Assembly: GCA_030295235.1 (NCBI GenBank)
Contig: AP026135.1
Coordinates: 1,240,001-1,274,102, forward strand
Origin: Fistulifera solaris
Taxonomy: Eukaryota
DNA: 34,102 nucleotides
Reading direction: 5' to 3'
Of the stretch, positions 24,646 through 34,102 are shown one piece after another. Each line of letters opens with the position of its first letter. Positions within the stretch are counted from its first letter, which is position 1. The translations under genes and the position numbers were made by a program. The notes below the pieces were generated by a model, which was not told the DNA's origin, searched no databases, and worked only from the letters and a program-made list of their open reading frames with translations.

Positions 24646-25313
24646 ATGGAGGCTTCAGCTGCCGAAGCTGAAATACTGCAGCGCATCACTACGCAGCAAG
24701 CAGCGGCAAAAGGCTGCTGCTGCTGCGCTATTTTCTGGAAGCATCGTCAAAAATTTTATCCGATGAAATGGAGGACACTTTGCCCGAAACCGACCCTGTC
24801 GCCCGCAAGCATCGTCACAAGAAACACCCAAGGCCCAAGCGCAACTCTTACAATCACGCTGCTGCTTTGCAGCGCATCCTTACTGATTACTTTGGTCCCC
24901 AGCCAAGGTTCAACGACAAACAGTTTTATAACATGTTCCGCATTTCTCCGGCCCGATTCCAACGCATAATGGAAGACTTTATGAATTCTGGAGTCGTTTA
25001 GGTGAAAGGCATAAAGGAACCGACAAGCGATTTAGAAAAACGATACACCTCTTGACAGGAAGGCGTAAAGACATTGAGGCCGGCGTTCGGTGTTCTTCAG
25101 CGCAGCTTTCAATTCATTAAAAACCAATTGAGCTTCATAACCTGGATGCAATTGGTGCAAGATGCGCAATTGAATGCAGCAGAAGATCCCGTCGTAGGTT
25201 TGGAATCTGAAGCTTCTCTACCAGCAATTAGTGGGAGATGGCATGAGTTGGTAAATCTTGAAGAGCATATGCGCCTATACAGAGCAATTATGTCAAAGTT
25301 CAAAAGTAGATGA
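24646..25313 (+). pseudogene. Harbinger (plant-transposon-protein type) DDE transposase remnant
   Basis: N-terminal ILTDYFGPQPRFNDKQFYNMFRISPARFQRI is fused near 25000 to the C-terminal KGIKEP..QE..RKDIE(R)AFGVLQRSF. Most of the catalytic core is deleted; stops and frameshifts present. Confidence 0.8.
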
Positions 25314-25374
25314 TAACATGAAATATTAATAATTAAAACCTACTAAATTTATCCTAAAATCTAAGTGTAATGCG

Positions 25375-25880
25375 ACCTAATGCTGGAGCCTCTTCACTCA
25401 TTACTCTTGTCGGTGTCGTTGTTGTCGTTTTTGTTGTTGTTGTCGTTGGTGCGTCCTACGACTTGAGAAGATCGAAGTCAGTTCATCGCAGGTAATGGAT
25501 TTCTCGCAGGAGCGGCGAATCTCAATGTTCTGTGGGACTGCGTCTTTCTCGGTCGCATTAGGAGAATTCGTTGTCGGACGACACCAAGGGAACAGACATG
25601 TCGGTACCAGGAACTCCATTTGCAAGAGCGACAGCCTTCTTAAGAAAAGCCTGAGCCTGGCTTTTCTCACCGCGTTAACTCGAAAACAGCAGCCAGGTTG
25701 GTAAATGTCTCGCTCTGAAATGCAAAGGCAAGAATACGACCAGAATCAGCAAGACTCTCAAGAACTTTGAGCTTCTTTGCTGCCATTGCCTCGGCTTTCA
25801 TGCTTTCCTCCTTTTCTCGCTTAGCAACCTTTGATCCCATAGGGCTAGAAGAGTTTTAACCGACGAATAAACCCTTCCAT
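25375..25880 (-). pseudogene. Remnant of Harbinger accessory ORF (NAM-associated/Myb-SANT protein C-terminus)
   Basis: SPMGSKVAKREKEE resembles the RPxGxKxAK motif followed by a coiled coil. It is convergent with the transposase inside the TIRs. Confidence 0.5.
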
Positions 25881-26752
25881 TTACCAACGAATGATCAATA
25901 TCACTCTGTACTTCGGGGCGAAGCGAACTGAGGCAACTGTTGAGAATATCCAAACAATTCGAGAAGGCAACAGAAGTCACGAGAAATAAGAATAGTAAAA
26001 CATCACAAAGCGAGAAAAGTATTTCAAACAGATGTGTTTAGGAAACTCGGAAGGAGGGAAGCACAATGTTTACGAGGTGAAATTCTTTCAACGGAGAGTT
26101 TTGATAGTTTTGATTTTCAAAGCGTTGGAGGGAAACTGAATCAGTACAAAAACGACGTAGAAATTGCGTAGAGCAAGTGAGTCGGGCGTTTGTTTCCTAA
26201 ATCCGAAAGCGGGTAACAACTCTATTTTTTTGGGAGGTAGGCGCGAGTCTTGCTGCCATTTTCCAAAAAGCAAAAGTTCTTACCACCCCTATCTGCCAAA
26301 TCCGAATATAGTGACGGCATTTTGAGTACCGGTGGGGTAAGTACTTCATTCACGAGTTCTTCTTTCTACTTATAGTGAATGCTCTTAGAAGTAGAAAGTA
26401 GGAATTTGAGTAGTGGTAGCACATGGAAGTAGGAATCAAAGCAGGAGGAATTGAGGAAGAAGTGAAGCTAGGAAAAAAGGGGGAATAAGGGGAAGAATAA
26501 GAAGGAAAGGGAGGCAAGAGGGGATAGGGAATTTAGAGGAATGAGGAACAATGAGCACTTGCAAAAACTGTTGTATCTATCAATGTTTTGCTCCTGTAAA
26601 AATATATTTGCACATTTGGACCCTCTTGTTTACGTGATTTTTGCTCGGATTGGGTAATGAAAACTGTTTGTGAAAATGTTGTGTTAGTACCTCTCTTATC
26701 TACTTGGCACAATATAAACATTGTAAAACTGTTGTTTTATTATCTCTCTTAT

Positions 26753-27422
26753 CTACTTGGCACAATGAAAACATTTGCAGTCACAATCCTTCACGTTTGG
26801 GTCAATATCCACAACCTTAATAAGAGTTGTGCCATCATAGTTGACACCATCCCTATAAGTTGTCTGTGTGTGGTCATATAGCTTTGTCGTTGCAATGTTT
26901 ACAATGCATGAGTCATTCTTGTATGCAATCCCCTGCAAGGCATCCAAAACCAGTTTCACACAGTTGTCGATGTCAGGAGCATTTGTGACAAATTTGGGAG
27001 CTGTTGGTTTCAACAGCCATTCTTGTGATGCTGGTCCAAGTAAGAAATGGGTCTTGGGTCTTGGAAAGTAGAACTTTCACGGTGATTGAGCATGGATTGC
27101 CATTGCATCGGAAGAGTCCCTTTGGTGCATGATTCAATGCTTGTCTGAATGCATCACGAAAGGATTTCTGGTTCCCTGTACTTGGACTGTACAACTTGAC
27201 TCCGCCCTTTGCTTTTGTTGTTGTTGCATAGCTGCGATACTGGGGTCTTGGTCTTCCAGAAATCTTGCAGGCAAGGGAGGCGTATGTGGTTGGTGAATTC
27301 ATACTTGATTTGGGGGCCAGAGAATAGCTGTAACAACCAGGTGCTTTCCCCCCCTTCTGATTGGCATTGTCGAAGTCCACTATGGTTTGTGAGTCAACTG
27401 CTTTTCTAGGTTCAAAAGACAT
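26753..27422 (-). CDS. rusA: RusA-family Holliday junction resolvase, copy 1 (one frameshift near 27076)
   Basis: Joining the two ORFs gives [71 protein letters not shown]. This retains the RusA DxDNxxKxxxD motif and the downstream Asp. Confidence 0.85.
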
Positions 27423-27482
27423 TTTCTAGCAATCTCTGTGAGGCAAGGGTTAGGAATTTGGAAATTGGGATATGCAACTTGG

Positions 27483-27653
27483 TATTGATTATGCCTGTAG
27501 CCACTGCGACACCCATAAGTGACAGCGCCTCAGGCAATCCCAGATATCCCTCGAATCCAGGACTTCACTTCCTTCCTTCGCAATCGAGTAACATTATGCT
27601 CATTAATTCGTAGAACACTTTTGTTGCTGACTTTGATTTTATAGATATCAACA
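27483..27653 (+). repeat. 5' LTR (171 bp)
   Basis: TATTGATT..ATATCAACA, directly repeated at 33040-33211 with about 5 differences. Confidence 0.95.
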
Positions 27654-27665
27654 GTTCTACGAATT
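27654..27665 (+). other. Putative self-priming primer-binding site
   Basis: GTTCTACGAATT immediately after the LTR is the exact reverse complement of AATTCGTAGAAC at 27605-27616 inside the LTR. No TGG-starting tRNA PBS is present. Confidence 0.75.
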
Positions 27666-27778
27666 CCCGTTCTTATCATCACGTTCAGTGTATTCTCTCG
27701 GTTAGCCAGCGTCGCTATCACCCGGTGCCATCGTCGCATTCTCTTATCCCGCACAAGCGTGCTCTCCGTGTCATCACC

Positions 27779-30700
27779 ATGACTGACTTTTCATCTGCCT
27801 CCATTCGAGTGCCACACGAGCATCTCACTCCCATCAAGGGCAAACCATCCCTCGCCACCGTCGATCGCTTATACAGCGAGGTCATCGCCAACGCTTTGTC
27901 CGTCCCGTCTACGCATTGGGGGGCGGCACTCATGGCCATGTCGGTCTTCTCCTTTCTGGTGAGGAGTTTCGCGAACTCACCGGGCATGATTTTCAACCTC
28001 TCACCCATCCGGGCACCCTTGTCCCCTACCCTGCCAATGCCACAAGTGCACAGCGTGCAGATGCTAATCAGCGCCCACGACACGGCGATTGAAGATTACT
28101 TATGCGCCAGAATGCGTCCATCAGCTGCTCCGCCAACAAATCATCGCCGCCGTCGATCCCATTTACATGATGTCTCTTCGTGGCACCGAGATTGGATTGG
28201 GCCGTGTCAATTTGGAAACAGGGCGGGTGTCGGCCTACGCGATGGTAGTCTATTTGAAAGATAAGTTTACCAAGATCACTGCAGCCGAGATTGAAGCCAA
28301 TCGACTCAGTCTCGCCTCCGCTTGGACACCGGATCAGCCTATTCAGGCATTGTGGAATCGTCATGTCGAGATCCGGGATTTCGCCATTGCTGCGGAGGAG
28401 CCTTTGTCTGATCGTCTCGTGATGGATCAAACCCTTCTTCTCTTTCAAACTGCAGGTCACGGCACTCTTCAGTCCGCTTGCGACGCTTGGCGTCCGCCGC
28501 CCCCTCGCGGAGAAGACATATGACAACTTCATGAACTACTTTACTGAGGAACATGAGGCCCTCCAGGAACATCTTACCACCTCCGTCGGCGGGGTATCAT
28601 CATGCCAATTCGGCCGGTAGTGTGATCCCTCCTGGGGTCTCACCGGCACCTGCGGTTGTTCCCCAGTTAGCCGCTGCCAGTGCCACGGTTCCCGCACCCT
28701 CTGAATCCGTACGAAGTGGTCGCTGAAGGCCAGTTCGCATGTATTATTGTTGGACGCATGGCCTTGGCATGAACGCCGAACATACCAGCAAGACATGCAA
28801 CCACCCTGCGGACGGACACATTCACTCTGCCACACTCAAGTCCGCCAAGCATACCAAGGGCAGCAACAAAATCAACATCGGTGGCCGTCGGGCTTCTCCC
28901 CACGCCCGGTTGCTCCTACTGCTCAAGCATGAGGATGGGGGAAGCCTACGGTACACATTACAAAAGAACGATAAAGATACTAAACCATCTGAGTCTGCCT
29001 TTAATGTTTCTACTGTAGGTCCTCCCGCCCTCGTTTCCCCTGTTACTGATGGCATTGCCGATTCCGGGTGCACCAGTCACTTTTGCCCATTGACACACCT
29101 GTCGAATCATGCTTGCCAACAGCCAACCCCATCACCATTGCCAATCCCAATGGTACGCTCATGCATTCCACTCATGATGCAATCCTTTCGTTACCAGGTT
29201 TGCCACTCTCTGCTCGGCGGGCCCACATTGTCCCCGATCTGCACACGAAACCACTATTGTCTATTGGGCAGTTATGCGATGCCGGCTGTCATGTCGAATT
29301 CACTGCGCAGGCTATTCATGTCTATTACAACAATGCAGTTATCTTGTCTGGCTTGCGCTCGCCCATCACTAAATTGTGGACGTTGCCTCTTTCCTCCCCC
29401 TTCCCGGCGTCTGAGGGTGCGCCGTGCACCGCCGTTGCCCTTAACACCCTGGCGGTGTCTGTGGGGGACCCATCCCCGTCTCCGCTGACCGATGCTTTGG
29501 CGGTGTCGGTGGATGTGCCGTGCTCCTCTGCTCTGTCCCCTGTGGCGGTGTCTGAGGGTGTGTCGCACCCTACGCCATGTGATGGTCGCCCGTTTCTGTC
29601 TGTGTGTGAGCGGTGTCCCAACGTTTCATCTGCCCCCATGTCTGAGGGTGCCTCGTCACCGTCCCTATCTTTGGCGGTGTCTGAGGGTGCTGACACGTCA
29701 CCCGTGACTCCAGTTCCGGTTGACTCGGCCGGCTTTCCGAGTCGGCTAACGCCAGCGTTTCCATCACCACTCCCGCCTCTTTGGTGGCGTTTGCACATGC
29801 GGCACTCTTTTCTCCGGCATTATCCACTTTGGATGTTGCTCTCCAACGCGATTTATTGCCTCATTTCCCTGGTCTTTCGCGCGGCGCTTCGTGGCATCCG
29901 CCCATCTCTGTTGCCACAGCTAAGGGACATATGGACCAAATTCGCCAAAAACCTTCGCTCCACTAAAGCGCCTGGTATTTTGTCCGCCCCTGCAGATAAT
30001 GAGGCAGCCGTGCTCGATGACGCTTTTCCCCCTCCGGAACCGGACGCGGAGCGCTCTCACCATTGTTATGCCGGCATAATCCAGCCCACTGGCCAGACAT
30101 ATAGCGACCAAACCGGACGTTTTCCGGCCCTCTCCAGCACCGGTAACAACTATCTGTTCGTCATGTATGATTATGACAGCAACTGCATCTTCGCTGAGCC
30201 CATCGCCAGTCGCAAAGCTTCGGATATCTTAACAGCTTTCAAAACCGTCCACGCTACCTTATGCCGTGCCGGTCTTAAGCCCGTTTACATCGCTTGGACA
30301 ACGAATGTGACCTTTCATTGAAAGAGTTCATGGCGGACGCTGGCATTGATTTTCAACCACGCGCCTCATGTGCATCGCCGCAACGCCGCCGAACGTGCCA
30401 TCCGCACTTTTCAAAATCATTTCATTGCGGGATTGTGCAGCACAGACCGCAACTTCCCATTCATCTTTGGGATCGGTTATTGCCCCAGGCGCTACTTACC
30501 CTCAACCTTCTTCGCACTTCTCGAATCAATCATAAACTTTCAGCTTATGCCCAAGTCTATGGTGCATTCAATTTCGATCGAACCCCAATTGGGCCCCCAG
30601 GCACCAAGGTATTGGTTCACGAAAAGCCAGGACAACGTACCACTTGAAACCACATGCTGTCGAGGGCTGGTATCTTGGGCCTGCACTCGAGTCATATCGG

Positions 30701-33026
30701 TGTTTTCGCGTCTGGATATGGGATACCAAAATGGAACGCATTACCGACACCTTGGAATGGTTCCCGGAACACGTCACCATGCCCACCGCTTCGGCTTCCG
30801 ATCTTCTTTTGGCCGGCCTCCGCGATGTCACTCAGGCGTTGCGCACTACATCCATCACTTCCCCTCTTCCAGTTACCACCGATAGCCCGTTGCGAATTAA
30901 AAACTCTGGTCGACGCCTTATCGGGCGCCCCCTCTGTGGTCCCTGTTTCGCCCGTCTCCGCCGTGCTCACCACCCAGCATGCCTCCACCAGCACCCGTCG
31001 CAAATCCGTTACTTTCGCCCCGGATGTCCCAGTTGACCCTGCCGCATCGCCCCAACACTTCCGGTCGGTTGACACTCCCTTCAAAACGGTAACCCGTCGT
31101 CGCCCACGCCACAAGGCGAAGACCAAACCTCACTCGCAATCACCGTCAAGCCCCAACATCATCACGGCACTCGAGCCAATAAGACCGTTGAACTTGCAGC
31201 TTCTGCCACTCTCCTTGGCCCACCCGATGTTGATTCATCTTTTCTTCATCACGCTTTACATGGCAATGCGCTCAACCCGGACACTGGCAAGGTCGCTGAG
31301 TTTCCTGAGCTAAGTCGGTCGTCTGATGGTCCCCAATGGGTCAACGGCTTAGCGACGAAGAGGTTCACCGTTTAGCCCAAGGCTTCCGCCATATTCCGGG
31401 GTCCAACACTATTCATTTTATCTCCATCAAGGATATCCCCAAAGGTATGCGTGCAGCGTACGTTAGGTGTGGTGTGTGCTTACCGTCCGGAAAAAGAAAA
31501 ATCCTTTCAGCGTCCGTTGGTGTATTGGTGGCGATCAAATATATTTTGCCGGAGACAAATCTACCAAAACCGCCGCACTGGAAACCGCCAAGTTGTTTTT
31601 CAATAGTGTCTTGTCCACACCCGGGGCTAAAATGATGACTTTGGACCTCAAAGACTATTATTTGGGAACCATCTTGGGCAATTTGGAATACATTCGCATT
31701 CCCGTTAGCATTTTGTCCCAGCACATCATCGATCACTACAATCTGGAACCACTGATACACAATGGATTCGTGTATGCTGCAGTCAGCAAAGGCATGTATG
31801 GACTTCCCCAAGCCGGCAAATTGGCTAACGATCAACTTATTGCCCGCTTAGCTCCTCATGGGTATCATCCAGTCCCACATACTCATGGCTTGTGGCGTGA
31901 TTCCCGTTCGGATCTAACCTTCACCTTAGTTGTGGATGACTTTGCCGTCAAATACCGCGGATGATCGCGATGTCCATCGGCTCCTTCAAACTCTTAGCGA
32001 CACTGGTTATCGGTTATCCGAAGATTGGTCTGGTTCTCGATGCGTCGGCTTGAATCTTGATTGGGATTACAACAACCGCACTGTCGACTTGTCCATGCCT
32101 GGGTACATCGAGCGAGCCTTGACTCGTTTTCAACACCACGCCAACGGCGCCCGAGGATTCGCCCCACCCGTGGCAGCAGCCTACGTCACGGGGCCAAAAC
32201 GCAGTATGCAGAAGCCCCTGACAACACGCCTTACTTGGATGCCAAGAACATTAATTTGTTGCAACAAATCCTTGGCGTTCTATTATATTATGCTCGGGCC
32301 ATCGACTGCACAATGTTACCGGCGTTGGGTTCCATTGCAGCGTGTCAAGCCCAGCCTACAATGAAGACCATGGAGGCGTTAACGCAGTTACTAAATTATT
32401 GTGCATCTCACCCATCTGGCGTTGTTAAGCTGTCGGGGCAAGTGACATGGTATTGTGGATGCGACAGCGATGCTTCTTATCTCAGTGTGTCCGAAGCGAG
32501 GTCCCGTGCGGCTGGTTATTATTTTTGAGTTCCGATCCCACCAAACTTCCTGATCCGACTTCTCCTCCCATCAATGGCGCCATCACCGTTTATTGTCAAA
32601 TCATGAAACATGTGGTATCAAGTGCAGCCCGAAGCCGAACTTGGTGCGTTATTTCTCAATCGCCAAAATGCATGTCCTTTACGTGTCGCTTTGGAGGAAA
32701 TGGGCCATCCCCAACCTGCCACTCCAATCCAAACTGACAACAGCACTGCTGCGGGCATCGTCAATGACAAAGTCAAACAAAAAGCGCTCCAAGGCTATGG
32801 ATATCGCGATTCTATTGGATTCGCGACCGTGTTACGTAAGGTCAATTTCATGTGTACTGGAAGGCTGGCGCTGGAAACAAAGCGGATTACTTCACTAAGC
32901 ATCATGCTACTTCCCATCATCGCACAATGCGTCCAATGTATCTTCAAGACAATTCATCTACGTCTTATTACGAAGCCATCTCTCCTCATCAGGATGTTGC
33001 TATATCCGTTCCCGACTCTCGCGATT
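27779..33026 (+). pseudogene. gag-pol polyprotein (many frameshifts)
   Basis: gag YCWTHG..HTSKTC..GH; protease IADSGCTSHF; integrase YSDQTGRFP, DNE, RNAAERAIRTF; RT LDLKDYY, KGMYGLPQAG, LVVDDF; RNase H SDASY, EAELGALF, IQTDN. Confidence 0.92.
29405..29692 (+). repeat. Degenerate internal repeats GGCGGTGTCTGAGGGTG within pol
   Basis: CTGAGGGTG at 29411, 29552, 29642, 29681; degenerate copies near 29451 and 29499. They read AVSEG in the long frame. Confidence 0.8.
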
Positions 33027-33039
33027 GAGGGTGAGGGTG

Positions 33040-33211
33040 TATTGATTATGCCTGTAGCCACTGCGACACCCATAAGTGACGCGCCTCAGGCAATCCCAGA
33101 TATCCCTCGAATCCAGGACTTCACTTCGCTTCCTTAGCAATCGAGTAACATTATGCTCATTAATTAGGTAGAACACTTTTGTTGCTGACTTTGATTTTAT
33201 AGATATCAACA
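33040..33211 (+). repeat. 3' LTR (172 bp)
   Basis: Follows the PPT, matches the 5' LTR and is followed by the TSD CTTGG. Confidence 0.95.
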
Positions 33212-33357
33212 CTTGGAACTTGGAAAAGGAACTTAGAACTAGGTAAATAGGAAGTAGGAATCAGTAACAAGGGAGTAAGGAAGATGGAATAGAAGGAAAT
33301 GTTGGAAATAAGGAAAAGAAGAAGATTTCATTGGAAATGCAAATCAAAGTATCAAAA

Positions 33358-33640
33358 TTATTTTGTGCAACAAAGACATTTGCAGTTCTGAGTTCGTGCA
33401 TTTGGATCCATTTCACAGACTTTGATCAATGTTGTATCAAGGGTTAGACTTTGATCAATGTTGTACCAATGTGAATGGTGTCCTCTTTGTAGAATTGCTG
33501 GGTATGATCATAGAGCTTTGTTGTAGTGAGGTGGACAACTGATTCATCATTAATCATTATGGAAGGCGATTCCTTGCAGTGCATCCAAAACATGCTTGAC
33601 GCCAATTGTCAACGTCGGGGGCATGTGTGCAATAGTCGGA
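33358..33640 (-). pseudogene. rusA: RusA-family resolvase, copy 2 (3' part only, disrupted)
   Basis: [78 protein letters not shown] aligns with copy 1. Interrupted by small duplications near 33417-33470 and 33546-33559. Confidence 0.85.
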
Positions 33641-33899
33641 AGTGTGCAATAGTGGGAAGTGTGCAATAGTGGGAAGTGTGCAATAGTCGGGAAGTGTGCA
33701 ATAGTCGGAGGTGTGCAATAGTGGGAAGTGTGCAATAGTGGGAAGTGTGCAATAGTCGGGAAGTGTGCAATAGTCGGAAGTGTGCAATAGTGGGAAGTGT
33801 GCAATGGTCGGAGGTGTGCAATAGTGGGAAGTGTGCAATAGTCGGAAGTGTGCAATAGTGGGAAGTGTGCAATAGTGGGAAGTGTGCAATAGTCGGGAA
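33625..33899. repeat. 17/18-bp minisatellite, 16 copies, GTGTGCAATAGT(C/G)GG(G)AA
   Basis: Direct count of units; no spacers between units. Confidence 0.97.
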
Positions 33900-34102
33900 G
33901 AGAAGTGAGATGTGAAAAGTGAGATGTGAGAAGTGAGAAGTAAGATGTGAGAAGTGAGAAGTGAGATGTGAGAAGTGAGAAGTGAGATGTGAGAAGTGAG
34001 ATGTGAGAAGTGAGAAGTGAGAAGTGAGATGTGAGATGTGTGAAGTGAGAAGTGAAAAGTGAGAAGTGAGATGTGAGAGTGAGAGTGAGATGTGAAGTGA
34101 AG
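33900..34102. repeat. 7-bp tandem repeat GTGAGA(A/T), runs off the window end
   Basis: Mixed GTGAGAA and GTGAGAT units with a few variants. Confidence 0.95.

Larger units (their letters stand above)
24426..26384. mobile_element. PIF/Harbinger DNA transposon, internally deleted (non-autonomous)
   Basis: TIRs GAGCAGTCACTACA (24426) and TATAGTGAATGCTC (ends 26384), 12/14 match. Flanked by TTA on both sides (24423-24425, 26385-26387). Contains a transposase remnant and a convergent second-ORF remnant. Confidence 0.9.
27483..33211 (+). mobile_element. Full-length Ty1/Copia LTR retrotransposon, CoDi (diatom) type
   Basis: Near-identical LTRs, 5-bp TSD CTTGG (27478-27482, 33212-33216), PPT GAGGGTGAGGGTG (33027-33039), domain order gag-PR-IN-RT-RNaseH. 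Confidence 0.97.

Noticed and set aside
12388..27422. Functional DNA-repair cluster (SMC5, MLH1, RusA)
   Set aside because: Unrelated genes intervene and RusA sits in mobile DNA; proximity is most simply chance.
28900..29000. Programmed gag-pol readthrough or frameshift at TGA 28930-28932
   Set aside because: Indel noise in this element is too high to distinguish recoding from sequence error.
33625..33899. CRISPR-like array next to a nuclease gene
   Set aside because: Units are head-to-tail with no unique spacers; it is a minisatellite.

Overview
Eukaryotic nuclear DNA from a diatom, shown by a silicon transporter (SIT), bipartite plastid-targeting presequences, short GT-AG introns and a CoDi-type Copia element. 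Bases 1-23.9 kb are gene-dense: SIT, annexin, two diatom-type hypothetical genes, a plastid YCII-like protein, a Nup35-like RRM protein, SMC5, an 8-repeat beta-propeller protein, MLH1 and cytosolic SHMT. Several carry single-base homopolymer frameshifts that look like consensus errors. Bases 23.9-34.1 kb are a nested mobile-DNA region. Its backbone is a tandem unit of [purine-rich spacer + phage/bacterial-type RusA Holliday-junction resolvase gene], present twice. One spacer copy holds an internally deleted PIF/Harbinger transposon (TTA TSD, 14-bp TIRs). The other holds a full-length Copia LTR retrotransposon (CTTGG TSD, TA..CA termini) whose primer-binding site is a perfect 12-nt complement of its own LTR, suggesting tRNA-independent self-priming. 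The window ends in 17/18-bp and 7-bp minisatellites, the first apparently amplified out of the second RusA coding sequence. All family calls come from motif recognition, not database searches.
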